A DNA stretch of 64,000 bases from Limnohabitans sp. (GTDB lineage Bacteria; Pseudomonadota; Gammaproteobacteria; Burkholderiales; Burkholderiaceae_C), in contig NZ_JBBAPF010000012.1 in NCBI RefSeq assembly GCF_040400975.1, positions 27,893 through 91,892 of the forward strand, written 5' to 3'. Both the position numbers and the translations under genes were made by a program. The notes below the pieces were generated by a model, which saw nothing but the letters and a program-made list of their open reading frames with translations, made no database searches and was not told the origin of the DNA. Positions 40,657 through 50,417 of the stretch are shown here, piece by piece. Within the stretch, counting starts at the first letter, position 1. Each line of letters starts with the position of its first letter.

Positions 40657-41874
40657 TTACTTCGTTGGTGCGGTCGCAGGGGCCGGAGCCGGAGCGGCAG
40701 CAGCGGCACTGGTAGGAGCAGGCGCCGGTACCGGGGTCGGGACAGGGACTGCGACAGGCGCCACGACAGGCGCGGCTGCAGGCGCGGCTGCAGGCGCGGC
40801 TGCAGGCGCGGCTGCAGGTGCCACGGCGGGCGCTGCAGCACCCGCGGGTGGGCTTGGCTTGGCTTCTTCGGTGGGTGCGGGTTGGTTTTTGCCCGTCAGC
40901 TTGTCCACCTGTTTGAGCAACCAATTGCGGTTTTCAATCCGCTCTTTCTCTTTGCGGATTTTTTCTTCCGCAATTTGCGCCTTCAGCGCGTCGATCTTGT
41001 CTTGGATGGCGCGCTGCTCGGCCAACTTGGCCTCTTCGGCCTGCTTTTCTGCCAACAGGCGCGCGTCTTCAATGGCTTTGATCTTAGCCGCCTCTTCGGC
41101 TTCCAAGCGCGCCACCCGCTCTTTCTCCAGTTGGATGCGCTTGTTTTTGGCGCCCGCGATCTCTCGCACACCCGTTGTCCAAGGCTGGTTGCTCATTTGT
41201 CTTTGAATGGCCACCTCTTGGGTAATGACTTGGGTCTTGCCGTTGATCTGTGCGCTGAAGAAACCCTCGCAACGGGTTTGGATGCCGCCAGCCAATGTGC
41301 AAGCATGACCCGCAGGGTTCTGCGCCCCCCAAGCTTTGGGTCGGGCCAAGAAGGCATCGCATTGGCTGAACACCTGCTGAATCCGAAGGTCTTCCGCGCT
41401 GGGTCTGGCGTCATTGAAGTCAAACCACTCAGGACGCACTTTTTCATGGGCCATGCCCACGCGCACGCACTCGGCTTTGGCGGGCGACAGCTGGGCCAAC
41501 ATGGCCGACCACACGGCCTGCGTCAAGGCATTGTCACGGACCACCTTGAAAGCCAAATCACCTTGTGTGGGGCAGGCGTTGATCACCCCTTCTGGCGTTC
41601 GACGCGACAGGCCACGCCATTGAACAAGCACAGAGGTTTCATTGCCGGGTGTGATCGCGATGCGGGTGTCAAAAAAGGGCGCACGCACGACACGCTCAAA
41701 AGGGGGCTGACCGGGGACGGTGATTTCCAGGTTGCACACCTGCTCGCCATTGAGCACCCGCGCTGACACGGGCACGGTGTTGGCCTGGCCAGCCACCAGC
41801 ACATATTGACCCGCCCACGCCACAGGCGCGAGCCACAGGCTCAGCAGCACCCCATACCAACGACTTGCACCCAT
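40657..41874 (-). CDS. secreted protein with charged coiled-coil and Ala/Pro-rich C-terminal tail
   Basis: Signal peptide MGASRWYGVLLSLWLAPVAWA (start at 41874). KE-rich helix (EKERVARLEAEEAAKIKAIEDARLLAEKQAEEAKLAEQ), then (AAAP)n/(VP)n low complexity. Confidence 0.6.
   Translation of the reverse strand: MGASRWYGVLLSLWLAPVAWAGQYVLVAGQANTVPVSARVLNGEQVCNLEITVPGQPPFERVVRAPFFDTRIAITPGNETSVLVQWRGLSRRTPEGVINACPTQGDLAFKVVRDNALTQAVWSAMLAQLSPAKAECVRVGMAHEKVRPEWFDFNDARPSAEDLRIQQVFSQCDAFLARPKAWGAQNPAGHACTLAGGIQTRCEGFFSAQINGKTQVITQEVAIQRQMSNQPWTTGVREIAGAKNKRIQLEKERVARLEAEEAAKIKAIEDARLLAEKQAEEAKLAEQRAIQDKIDALKAQIAEEKIRKEKERIENRNWLLKQVDKLTGKNQPAPTEEAKPSPPAGAAAPAVAPAAAPAAAPAAAPAAAPVVAPVAVPVPTPVPAPAPTSAAAAAPAPAPATAPTK
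40767..40814. repeat. 4 perfect tandem copies of a 12-nt unit (caggcgcggctg) encoding (AAAP)4
   Basis: Read directly from the sequence. Lies inside the Ala/Pro tail of the 40657..41874 CDS. Confidence 0.9.
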
Positions 41875-41944
41875 TGCGCACCCATTCCAAGAAAGAAGCA
41901 TCCACCAACAGTATCGGCAGCAGTGGGCTTGACTTGATAGCGGG

Positions 41945-42733
41945 TCAGCGCCCCACAAAAACAGGCTGGCGGCGCTGGGCAAATGCCGCGCGGCCCTCGG
42001 CAAAGTCCAGGCTTTGGCTGCTGGTTTGCTCGCGTTCGCGTAAAACGGTCTCGTCGGCCTGCCCGGCTTCGATTTCGCGCAAAGACTTTTTGGTCTCTTG
42101 CACCGCCACAGGGGCCAAGGCCAACACATCGTCGACCAGCGTCTGCAGTGTTGGCGCCCAGTCTTCGGGCCCCACCAGCGCCTCCAACAAGCCCATGGCA
42201 TCGAGTTGCTGGGCTGTGAAAGGCCGCGCCGTCAGAAAAGCCCTTTTGGCACCGGCCAAGCCAAATCTGCTCACATAGCGCTGCAAACCACTCGGGTAGT
42301 AATGCAGGCCCAGGGCTGTGGCGGGCATGCGCCACTCGATGCCCTGCAAGCCCATACGCAAGTCACACGCCAGCACCACATCGGTGGCCCCGCCATACAC
42401 ACTGCCGTTCAATGCGCCAATGGTCACCGGGCGCAGGGCCGCCAGCGTATCCGGAATTTCTTCGAAAAAAGTGGACCCGTGGCCCGGCTCGTCAAAGCCC
42501 CCAATGTCATAACCCGAGCAAAACACCGGCTTGGGCTGGCCCGCCGTGTTGGCGGTCAACACCAACACGCGCACCTCGGGATCGCGGTTGACGGTGTCAA
42601 AGTGCAGCAACAAAGCCTTGAGGTCGGCATTTTCCAAGCGGTTGCGCTGGGCCGGGCGGTTCAAGGTGATGGTGGCCACACCGCCTTCGGTGTGCAAAAC
42701 GGGGACCGAAGGCTGGGCAAATGCTGCGTGCAT
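41945..42733 (-). CDS. enoyl-CoA hydratase/isomerase family protein
   Basis: VATITLNRPAQRNRL ... FCSGYDIGG crotonase motifs. Start moved to the ATG at 42733 because the phasin terminator hairpin overlaps the longer (TTG) version. Confidence 0.8.
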   Translation of the reverse strand: MHAAFAQPSVPVLHTEGGVATITLNRPAQRNRLENADLKALLLHFDTVNRDPEVRVLVLTANTAGQPKPVFCSGYDIGGFDEPGHGSTFFEEIPDTLAALRPVTIGALNGSVYGGATDVVLACDLRMGLQGIEWRMPATALGLHYYPSGLQRYVSRFGLAGAKRAFLTARPFTAQQLDAMGLLEALVGPEDWAPTLQTLVDDVLALAPVAVQETKKSLREIEAGQADETVLREREQTSSQSLDFAEGRAAFAQRRQPVFVGR

Positions 42734-42744
42734 GGGGGGCGTCC

Positions 42745-42773
42745 AAAACAAAAAGGGTGTCCGAAGACACCCT
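42745..42773 (-). terminator. rho-independent terminator of the phasin gene
   Basis: Stem agggtgtc / gacaccct with a cgaa loop. On the minus strand it is followed by tttttgtttt. Confidence 0.75.
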
Positions 42774-42830
42774 GATTGTAGGAAGCAGGCGACCAGCGCC
42801 CGCTGTTTGAGCGGAGGTTTAAGCGGCGGA

Positions 42831-43388
42831 TCAGGCCTTGGCTTTGGCCTTGGACATGGCAGCCTTGACCGAAGCTTCGGCTTGGGCTTGAGCGGCTTTG
42901 ATGCTGGACTCAGCGCTGTCGGCGGCTTGCTTGGCCACTTTTTTCAGGGTTTCAGCAGCCGTCTGGCTGGCTTCGAAAGCAGTCTTGATGGCGGCTACAG
43001 CGGCGTCGGAGCCAGCAGGTGCGTTCTTCAGGCTGTTCTCGACCAAGCTTTTGACAGCCTTTTCGGACTCGGCCATCTTGCCTTCGACGGCTTTGGTGAA
43101 CACGGCGCTGGTGCTGTTGGCGATGTCAGCGATGTGACGGCCATAAGACACCGACTTTTCGATGGCGGGCTGAACCAAAGCAGCTTGCACAGCCATCAGG
43201 TCTTGTGGGCTCTTGGCAGCCATCAGGGCTTGCATGTTGGCGAAAGACTCACCCACAGCGGCTTTGCCAGCGGCCATGTTCAGTTCAACCAAACGCTCGA
43301 AACCGGCAAATGCGGTTTGCGACAGGTCTGCAGCGGCAGCGATGTTGGCTTTTTGTGTGGCGGCGAATTGATCGACGTTGAAGTTCAT
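42831..43388 (-). CDS. phaP: phasin family PHA-granule protein
   Basis: 185 aa, Ala/Lys/Glu-rich helical protein: MNFNVDQFAATQKANIAAAADL...FERLVELNMAA. The ORF-track 5' extension was discarded. Confidence 0.8.
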   Translation of the reverse strand: MNFNVDQFAATQKANIAAAADLSQTAFAGFERLVELNMAAGKAAVGESFANMQALMAAKSPQDLMAVQAALVQPAIEKSVSYGRHIADIANSTSAVFTKAVEGKMAESEKAVKSLVENSLKNAPAGSDAAVAAIKTAFEASQTAAETLKKVAKQAADSAESSIKAAQAQAEASVKAAMSKAKAKA

Positions 43389-43628
43389 GGTGTGTTCCTT
43401 GAAAGGTTTTGTTGCAATGCAGCAATTTGAACACCACCCAGAGACCAGAGCAAGGGAAAACCCGCTCTTTAGAGTCCGCTCTCCAATTGGACAAATGGTT
43501 GTTCCAAGTCGCAGAAAGTCAGGCCTCAGCCCTGAGCCATCTCTTGCGCAGGGCCATTGCCACTGTGGGCGCATCCACTCACTACACTTGGCGCTCCAGC
43601 AAATCAGGCCGACAACTTTTTTATCTTT

Positions 43629-44234
43629 ATGGAATTCATCAGTCTTTTGTTCATTTCGGCCATGGGCATTCACTGGCTCAATCTGCAGAGTCAGCGCAAA
43701 CGCACCGCTTTGTTGGCCGAACAGCTGCGTCCCTTCCAGATTGAAAAGCTCATGTCGCAGCTGACCACCGCCTATATGCGGGCCTTGGGAGAAAGCGACC
43801 CAGAGCGCCAACGGCACATTTTTCAACTGCAAGAACAAGCCGAACAACAATTGGCCGCTGATTTTCTGCTCTTGGCCCGCGAATTTGCCAAACTGCCCGC
43901 CCCTGTGTCGCGCGGTCTCAAGCTGGCCCTGCCTTTCATTGACCAGCTCTCGCCCAAGGTCTGTTTTGACATGCGCCGCCTGCTCGAGGTGCACGCACAA
44001 GGCATCGAGCGCGCCGTGGACAACCGTGAAGGCCTGTCCGACAAGGCGCGCTCATTTCGCATGATGGGCGAGATGTTTTTGATGCAGCACAGCTGCCACT
44101 GGTTTTGCCGCTCCAAAACCATCGCCTCGGCCCGCATGCTGGCCCAGCACCAAACACGATACGAGCAAGCGCTCGACGCTGTCAGCCCCGAAACGCGGCA
44201 GGCCTACTTGGCAGTGGTACAGGCCACAAGCTGA
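43629..44234 (+). CDS. hypothetical protein with N-terminal TM anchor
   Basis: 201 aa from MEFISLLFISAMGIHWL. No recognisable motif. Confidence 0.45.
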   Translation: MEFISLLFISAMGIHWLNLQSQRKRTALLAEQLRPFQIEKLMSQLTTAYMRALGESDPERQRHIFQLQEQAEQQLAADFLLLAREFAKLPAPVSRGLKLALPFIDQLSPKVCFDMRRLLEVHAQGIERAVDNREGLSDKARSFRMMGEMFLMQHSCHWFCRSKTIASARMLAQHQTRYEQALDAVSPETRQAYLAVVQATS

Positions 44235-44239
44235 AGAAC

Positions 44240-44761
44240 TCAGCTTTTGCAGGCTTCTCGCTGGTCTCTTTTGCCGGCATGGCCATGGTGTTGACGGCCG
44301 TAGTGTCCGACCGCGTCTGACCACTCGGCATTGAAAACGGTTTGTTGCGCCGTGTTGAGCTGAGGCAACAGGGTTTGTGTGATCTGTTTCATTTTGGCCA
44401 ATTGCGCTTGTTGGACCTGCATCATTTGACCCATCGCCTCCATGCGCTCGGTCGCACCCATGGTCTTATCGTCCTTGGCTTTTCTCATGGCATCGTGCAT
44501 TGCGCCGCGCTGCTTCGCACGAGCCTCGGACAATTCTTTCATGCCATTGGCAAAGGCGTTCCAAGCGGGGCGCTGTGCATCCTCTAATTTCAAAGCCCCT
44601 TCTAGCTTGGCCAATCGGGCCTCGAGGTGATGGCCACCTGAGCGTTTGCCAAGGCTGCGGTGCTCATGGTGTTTGTCCATGCCGTGGTGAGAGGCCATGG
44701 CCGTCATGCTGGCGCCGCCGAGCAGCGCAGCCGACAAAATCCAGATCCATTGCTTTTTCAT
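44240..44761 (-). CDS. periplasmic Spy/CpxP-family (LTxxQ-like) protein, His-rich
   Basis: Signal peptide MKKQWIWILSAALLGGASMTAMA. His-rich ends (SHHGMDKHHEH..., HYGRQHHGH). Helical Q/A/M-rich core. Confidence 0.6.
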   Translation of the reverse strand: MKKQWIWILSAALLGGASMTAMASHHGMDKHHEHRSLGKRSGGHHLEARLAKLEGALKLEDAQRPAWNAFANGMKELSEARAKQRGAMHDAMRKAKDDKTMGATERMEAMGQMMQVQQAQLAKMKQITQTLLPQLNTAQQTVFNAEWSDAVGHYGRQHHGHAGKRDQREACKS

Positions 44762-44947
44762 TTCAAACTCCTTGAAGGTGTGAATCCGCTCTTGGCGGTC
44801 TCTGACGAACGTCAGATCGGTGTATTGAAAGGCGTTTGGACCCCAAAGAAATGTCTCAGGCACAACATTTTGCAAGCGCATGTGTCTGCGAGGTCTCCAG
44901 ACATCTTTTGATACAAAAAACCTTCAGGGCGCCCGTATCATGACCAC

Positions 44948-45685
44948 ATGACACCCACCCCAGACCATGTTTTGCTGGTTGATGACGACCCCGAAATCCG
45001 GCAATTGACAGCGAAATACCTGGAGCAAAACAGCATCCAGTGCAGCACCGCGGCCAACAGCCATGAGATGCGCCGCATGCTGCAGATGCAGCGTGTGGAT
45101 CTGTTGGTCCTCGATGTGATGATGCCCGGCGAAGACGGCCTGACGATTTGCCGCAACTTGCGCGCCGACGGCAGCGCATATGCACAGCTGCCCATCCTCA
45201 TGCTCACTGCACGCACCGACGACGCCGACCGCATTTTGGGCTTGGAAATGGGCGCCGACGATTACTTGGGCAAGCCGTTTGTCCCGCGCGAATTGTTGGC
45301 TCGCATTCGTGCCATCTTGCGTCGCTCGCGCGCTTTACCCGCCAATTTACAAACCACTAACAGCCCCAACCGATGGCGTTTTTCGGGTTACACACTCGAT
45401 GCCTTGTCACGCCAGGTGCGCAACCCCGATGGGATTTTGTTGGTGCTGACTTCGGGCGAATACCGTGTGTTGCACGTCTTGCTCAACCATGCCAACAAGG
45501 TGCTGTCTCGAGAGCAGCTGCTTGAACTGACCCAAGGGCGATCGGGCGATGCGTTTGACCGCTCCATCGACCTGCTCATCAGCCGCCTCCGCTTGCGCTT
45601 GGGCGAGCCCGCACGCAGATTGGGCTTGATCAAAACTGTACGCAGCGAAGGGTATGTGCTGGCCACCGAGGTGCACGTCGAATGA
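44948..45685 (+). CDS. OmpR-family two-component response regulator
   Basis: Receiver domain (VLLVDDD ... DLLVLDVMMPGEDG ... K) plus a winged-helix output domain (TVRSEGYVL). Confidence 0.9.
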   Translation: MTPTPDHVLLVDDDPEIRQLTAKYLEQNSIQCSTAANSHEMRRMLQMQRVDLLVLDVMMPGEDGLTICRNLRADGSAYAQLPILMLTARTDDADRILGLEMGADDYLGKPFVPRELLARIRAILRRSRALPANLQTTNSPNRWRFSGYTLDALSRQVRNPDGILLVLTSGEYRVLHVLLNHANKVLSREQLLELTQGRSGDAFDRSIDLLISRLRLRLGEPARRLGLIKTVRSEGYVLATEVHVE

Positions 45686-47094
45686 TGGCGGTGCTGAAAA
45701 AAATCTGGCCGCAAAGCCTGTTTGCCCGCTTGTTGTGGGTGTGGCTGATGGGTTTGACTCTGGTGCTGGCTGCGGCAGCTTGGCTCGCGCTGGACGAACG
45801 CACGACTCGTGGACAAGTCGTGTTGCATGCGAAGCTCACGCAAGAGCTGGCCGCATCGGCCGATTGGCTCGACACCTTGAGCCCTGGCCAACGAGAACAG
45901 TGGCTAGAAGACAAGGATCAGGGCAAGCGCCGCGAGCGTTGGCGTCTTGAACCACCCAAGGCGTGGTCACCAAACGCCAACCCACTGCCGCCCCATATTC
46001 GACCTTTGGCGATTTATTTGGCCAGCGAATTGGCGCCGCGCCAGCCACTTGTGCAGCACTTCACGCCACTGCACGATAGACAAAGACATGGCGATGCTGA
46101 TGGCCACCACCCAGAACGTTCGCGCGGACAAACCTGGGTGTCGCTGCTGTTGGCCGATGGCGCACAGGTTTATGTCCGATTGCCCGCAACTTACCCCCCA
46201 CATGGGGCCATGGGCAGGCCAGGCTTTGGCAGCGACACGCACTGGGGCTTGGTGGCGCTGACCGTGCTGGTGGGTCTGGCGCTGTTGACTTGGCTGGCGG
46301 TGGTGTACGCCACGCGCCCGCTCAAGCGCATGACACAAGCTGCCAAGGACTTGGCCGATCACCCCAACCAAGCCCCATTGCCCGAAGACGGACCCTTGGA
46401 GGTGCGCCAAGCCGCGCAGGCCTTCAACCACATGCAAGCCCAATTGCAGCGGCACATGGCGCAGCAAACCCAGGTGCTCGCGGCGATCGCCCACGACTTG
46501 CAAACACCGCTGACGCGCTTGCGCCTGAAAACCGAATGGGTCAGCGATGAGGCGCTGCGCCAACGCATGCAAGCCGACCTGAGCGAAATGCAAGATTTGG
46601 TGCAAGACGGCTTGGCGCTGGCCCGCAGCTGGCATGCCCAGCCACAGCGCCAGCCGGTGCACCTGAACCAGCTGTTGCAAACCCAGCTCAACGAATGGGA
46701 AGACCTGGGCTGGGCGGTGCAAATACAGGGCGCTGACAGCGATTGTTTGGTCAACACCGATGTGGCCGCCCTGCGCCGGGTGTTGGGCAATGTGGTGCAC
46801 AACGCCATCACCTACGGCCACCGCGCCACGGTCACCTTGTTGTGCAAAGACCCCAGCCAGCCCGATCACTGGTGCATCGTGGTGGAGGACGAGGGGCCAG
46901 GCCTGCCCGAGCCCGACTTGCAAACGGTGTTGCAACCGTTTGTGCGCCAAGAAAGCTCGCGCAACCGACAAACCGGCGGCACGGGCTTGGGTTTGTCGAT
47001 CGCGCTGAACCTGATGACCGCCTTGGGCGGGCGCTTGGTCTTGGCCAACCGAGCGCAAGGTGGCTTGCGCGTCACCCTCAGCGCACCGCGTTAA
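45682..47094 (+). CDS. sensor histidine kinase (HAMP-HisKA-HATPase)
   Basis: Two TM segments. H-box IAHDLQTPLTRL, N-box HNAITYG, G-boxes DEGPGL and GGTGLGLSI. 4-nt overlap with the regulator gene. Confidence 0.88.
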   Translation: MMAVLKKIWPQSLFARLLWVWLMGLTLVLAAAAWLALDERTTRGQVVLHAKLTQELAASADWLDTLSPGQREQWLEDKDQGKRRERWRLEPPKAWSPNANPLPPHIRPLAIYLASELAPRQPLVQHFTPLHDRQRHGDADGHHPERSRGQTWVSLLLADGAQVYVRLPATYPPHGAMGRPGFGSDTHWGLVALTVLVGLALLTWLAVVYATRPLKRMTQAAKDLADHPNQAPLPEDGPLEVRQAAQAFNHMQAQLQRHMAQQTQVLAAIAHDLQTPLTRLRLKTEWVSDEALRQRMQADLSEMQDLVQDGLALARSWHAQPQRQPVHLNQLLQTQLNEWEDLGWAVQIQGADSDCLVNTDVAALRRVLGNVVHNAITYGHRATVTLLCKDPSQPDHWCIVVEDEGPGLPEPDLQTVLQPFVRQESSRNRQTGGTGLGLSIALNLMTALGGRLVLANRAQGGLRVTLSAPR

Positions 47095-47098
47095 GCCT

Positions 47099-49705
47099 TC
47101 ACTTCAGCGCCCGCAGCGCCGCTTGCGCGATGCTGTCCGCGTCCACCGCAAAGAAGCGGCGCAGCGCGGCGCGGGTGTCGCTTCGGCCGAAGCCATCGGT
47201 GCCCAGCGTGCGGTAGCGGCGGCCTTTGGGTACGAAGGCGCGCACGCTCTCGGGCACGGCGCGCACATAGTCGGTGGCGGCGATCACGGGGCCTTGGGTG
47301 GCGTTCAGCAGTTGCGCCAGGTGCCCAGCGCCCACAACGCCACTAGCTTCTTGCGCCATGCCATCGCGCGCCAGTTCGCTCCAGCTGGTGATGCTCAACA
47401 CCTCCACGCCCACGCCTTGTGCGGCCAGTTGCTGCGCGGCTTTGACCACTTCGGTCAGGATCGCGCCGGAGCCGAGCAAGGTCACGCGCTGGGAGGCATC
47501 GCTCGGGCCGTACACGCCAAATCGGTAGCCCCCGCGCAGCACATCGGCCTCCACGCCCGCAGGCAAGTCGGGCTGGGCGTAGTTCTCGTTCATCAGGGTC
47601 ACGTAATAAAAAACATCGGCCTGCTGCTCGACCATCTCGCGCGTGCCCGCGTCCAGAATCACCGCCAGCTCGCCCGCAAAGGCCGGATCGTAGGCCTTGC
47701 AGTTGGGGATGGTGGCCGCCACCAAATGGCTGCTGCCGTCCTGGTGTTGCAAGCCCTCGCCGCCCAAGGTGGTGCGCCCGGATGTCGCACCCAGCAAAAA
47801 GCCCCGCGCCCGCTGGTCGGCAGCAGCCCAGATGGCGTCACCCACACGCTGAAAGCCGAACATCGAGTAGTAAATGTAGAAAGGCAGCATGGCCAGGCCG
47901 TGCACGCTGTAGCTGGTGGCCGCGGCTGTCCAGCTGGCGATCGCGCCGGCTTCGCTGATGCCTTCTTCCAAGATCTGGCCGTCGGTGGCTTCGCGGTAGC
48001 TCAGCACCGAGCCGATGTCTTCGGGCGCGTAGCGCTGGCCGACGCTGCTGTAAATGCCCACCTGTTTGAACAGGTTGGCCATGCCAAAGGTACGCGCCTC
48101 GTCGGCCACGATGGGCACGATGCGCGGGCCCAAGGTGCTGTCTTTGAGCAGGTTGCCCAGCATGCGTACAAAGGCCATGGTGGTGCTCATCTCTTTGCCG
48201 TCGGCCTGCAACGCAAACTGTCCGTAACTGGTGAGGGCAGGCACAGGCAAGCGGTCGCAAGTCGTCTCGCGCTTGGGCAAGCTGCCACCCAAGCGGGCGC
48301 GGTGCTCGCGCAGGTAGCGCATCTCGGCGCTGTCGCCGGCAGGTTTGTAAAACGCCAAGCCCTTGGCCTGCTCGTCGCTCAGCGGCAGGTCAAAGCGGTT
48401 GCGGTAGTCGATCAGGTCTTGTTCGTCGAACTTCTTTTGGCTGTGCGTGGTCATCTTGCCCTGCCCCGCGCTGCCCATGCCAAAGCCTTTTTTGGTGTGC
48501 GCCAGGATCACCGTGGGCTGGCCACGGTGCGCTGCGGCGGCGGCATAAGCGGCGTGGATTTTCACGATGTCGTGCCCACCGCGTTTGAGCCGGTCGATCT
48601 GCTCGTCGGTCATGCCCTGCGCCAGCCGCGCCAGTTCTTCGTTTTGGCCGAAGAAGTTGTCGCGGTTGTAGCGCCCGTCCTTGGCCGCAAAGGTCTGCAT
48701 TTGGCCGTCCACCGTGTTGGCGAAGGCCCGCAGCAAAGCGCCCGAGGTGTCGCGTGCCAGCAGGCCGTCCCAGTCGCTGCCCCAGACCAGCTTGATCACG
48801 TTCCAGCCCGCGCCGGCAAACAGCTTTTCCAGCTCGTCGATGATGCGGCCGTTGCCGCGCACTGGGCCGTCCAGGCGCTGCAAATTGCAGTTGACCACCC
48901 ACACCAGGTTGTCGAGTTTTTCGCGTGCGGCCAAGGTCAGGGCGCTCATGCTCTCGGGCTCGTCCATCTCGCCGTCGCCAAACACGCCCCACACCTTGCG
49001 GGCGCTGCAGTCTTGCAGCTGGCGGTGCGTCAGGTAGCGCATGAAGCGCGCGTGGTAGATCGAGCTGATCGGCCCCAAGCCCATGGAACCGGTGGGGAAC
49101 TGCCAAAAGTCGGGCATCAGCCAAGGGTGCGGGTAGCTCGACAAACCGCGTGCACCGCTGTCGGGTGCGGTGATCTCTTGGCGGTAGTGCATCAGGTCCG
49201 CCTCGCTCAAGCGGCCTTCCAGAAAAGCGCGGGCATACACCCCGGGAGCACTGTGCGGCTGAAAGAACACCAAGTCGCCTTTGTGTTGCTCGGTGCGCGC
49301 ATGAAAGAAATGGTGGAAGCCGGTCTCGAACAAATCGGCCACGCTGGCGTAACTGGCGATGTGCCCGCCCAACTCGCCATAGGCTTGGTTGGCGCGCACC
49401 ACCATGGCCAACGCGTTCCAACGCATGATGGCCACCAGCCGCTCTTCGGTGGCCAAGTCGCCGGGGAAGTCGGGCTGGTCTTGCACCGCAATGGTGTTCA
49501 TGTAAGGCGTGTTCAGCTCGGGCTGCCAGCCGGTGCGCTGCTGGCGTGCCACGACGGCCAGCTCATCCAAAATTTGGCGGGCACGCGCTGGGCCTTGGGT
49601 GCCGATCAGCGCCAGCAAAGCATCGCGCCACTCGGCGGTTTCTTCGGGGTCGATGTCTTGGGCGTTCAACATCGCTTGCAAATGGGGTTCGATGGGTGCG
49701 TTCAT
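47099..49705 (-). CDS. aceE: pyruvate dehydrogenase E1 component, homodimeric type
   Basis: 868 aa from MNAPIEPHLQAML. DIDPEETAEWRDAL N-terminus and GDGEMDEPES ThDP motif. No E2/E3 genes adjacent. Confidence 0.88.
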   Translation of the reverse strand: MNAPIEPHLQAMLNAQDIDPEETAEWRDALLALIGTQGPARARQILDELAVVARQQRTGWQPELNTPYMNTIAVQDQPDFPGDLATEERLVAIMRWNALAMVVRANQAYGELGGHIASYASVADLFETGFHHFFHARTEQHKGDLVFFQPHSAPGVYARAFLEGRLSEADLMHYRQEITAPDSGARGLSSYPHPWLMPDFWQFPTGSMGLGPISSIYHARFMRYLTHRQLQDCSARKVWGVFGDGEMDEPESMSALTLAAREKLDNLVWVVNCNLQRLDGPVRGNGRIIDELEKLFAGAGWNVIKLVWGSDWDGLLARDTSGALLRAFANTVDGQMQTFAAKDGRYNRDNFFGQNEELARLAQGMTDEQIDRLKRGGHDIVKIHAAYAAAAAHRGQPTVILAHTKKGFGMGSAGQGKMTTHSQKKFDEQDLIDYRNRFDLPLSDEQAKGLAFYKPAGDSAEMRYLREHRARLGGSLPKRETTCDRLPVPALTSYGQFALQADGKEMSTTMAFVRMLGNLLKDSTLGPRIVPIVADEARTFGMANLFKQVGIYSSVGQRYAPEDIGSVLSYREATDGQILEEGISEAGAIASWTAAATSYSVHGLAMLPFYIYYSMFGFQRVGDAIWAAADQRARGFLLGATSGRTTLGGEGLQHQDGSSHLVAATIPNCKAYDPAFAGELAVILDAGTREMVEQQADVFYYVTLMNENYAQPDLPAGVEADVLRGGYRFGVYGPSDASQRVTLLGSGAILTEVVKAAQQLAAQGVGVEVLSITSWSELARDGMAQEASGVVGAGHLAQLLNATQGPVIAATDYVRAVPESVRAFVPKGRRYRTLGTDGFGRSDTRAALRRFFAVDADSIAQAALRALK

Positions 49706-49807
49706 GCGCTTAACTTTACAGAGGCATGCGGCGCATGTGCTGCGTATTTGAACCAACTTATTCGCCTTTTAAAGCACAATATGCTGAAATTTTAAGGAAT
49801 TCAGCAC

Positions 49808-50275
49808 ATGATTCTTGACAACGTGGATTTGAAGATACTGGACGAACTGCAGCGCGACGGCTCGCTGTCCAACGTGACCCTGGCCAAACGCATTGGCCTG
49901 TCGCCCTCGCCGTGCTTGGCCCGCGTCAAGGCACTGGAGTCTGGCGGCGTGATCCAGCGCTACGTGGCGCTGGCCAGCGCGGCAGCGCTGGGCTTGGGCC
50001 TCACGGTGTTCATCTCCATCAGCCTCAAGACCCAAAGCAAGGAAACCCTGGCCGACTTTGAGGCGCACATCGCCCGGCACGACGAAGTGATGGAGTGCTA
50101 TTTGATGACCGGCGACAGCGACTATTTGCTGCGCGTGGCCGTGCGCGACATGGCGGCGCTGGAGCGCTTCATTCTGGAGCAGCTCTCACCGATCCCGGGG
50201 GTGGAAAAAATCCGCTCCAGCTTTGCGCTCAAGCAGGTGCGCTACAAAACGGCGCTGCCGCTGGGTTTGGGGTGA
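49808..50275 (+). CDS. lrp: Lrp/AsnC family transcriptional regulator
   Basis: LDNVDLKILDELQRDGSLSNVTLAKRIGLSPSPCLARVKALE HTH plus a C-terminal RAM domain. Divergent from aceE. Confidence 0.88.
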   Translation: MILDNVDLKILDELQRDGSLSNVTLAKRIGLSPSPCLARVKALESGGVIQRYVALASAAALGLGLTVFISISLKTQSKETLADFEAHIARHDEVMECYLMTGDSDYLLRVAVRDMAALERFILEQLSPIPGVEKIRSSFALKQVRYKTALPLGLG

Positions 50276-50417
50276 AATGTGCGCCAATTTTTGCGGGTAT
50301 TTTTGCGACTTTGAGAATTCACCCAAGTCTTTGTCGCATATGGATTTTTCAAGGGTTTCCTCGATCTTTTTGCGACTTTAAATGCGAGTTCAAATGCGAC
50401 TTGAAATGCGCTTTTAT

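Noticed and set aside
40767-40814. Possible CRISPR-like or minisatellite array
   Set aside because: The units are 12 nt with no spacers and are in frame inside a CDS, encoding (AAAP)4. This is a coding tandem repeat, not a CRISPR array.
39620-41766. Long ORFs 39620..40561 (-) and 39943..41766 (+)
   Set aside because: Arg/Gly/His-rich shadow frames that overlap the RhtA-like transporter and the secreted coiled-coil protein genes. Those genes have coherent TM or signal-peptide features.
43413-43421. TGCAATGCA (TGC-N3-GCA) upstream of the phasin gene as a PhaR operator
   Set aside because: A single 9-nt match in the 5' leader can't be told from chance without a PhaR matrix or comparative data.
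43389-44000. 5' extension of the phasin ORF to 389 aa
   Set aside because: It would run through the divergent 43629..44234 gene. Phasin-like sequence begins at MNFNVDQF, with a plausible leader upstream.
47060-49795. 911-aa plus-strand ORF
   Set aside because: Exactly antisense to aceE. Ala/Gly/Val/His-rich with no motifs. aceE on the minus strand has clear E1 signatures.
47099-50275. Solitary aceE with divergent lrp as an unusual system
   Set aside because: Stand-alone homodimeric E1 paralogs next to Lrp-type regulators are plausible ordinary metabolism. Nothing in the sequence is anomalous.
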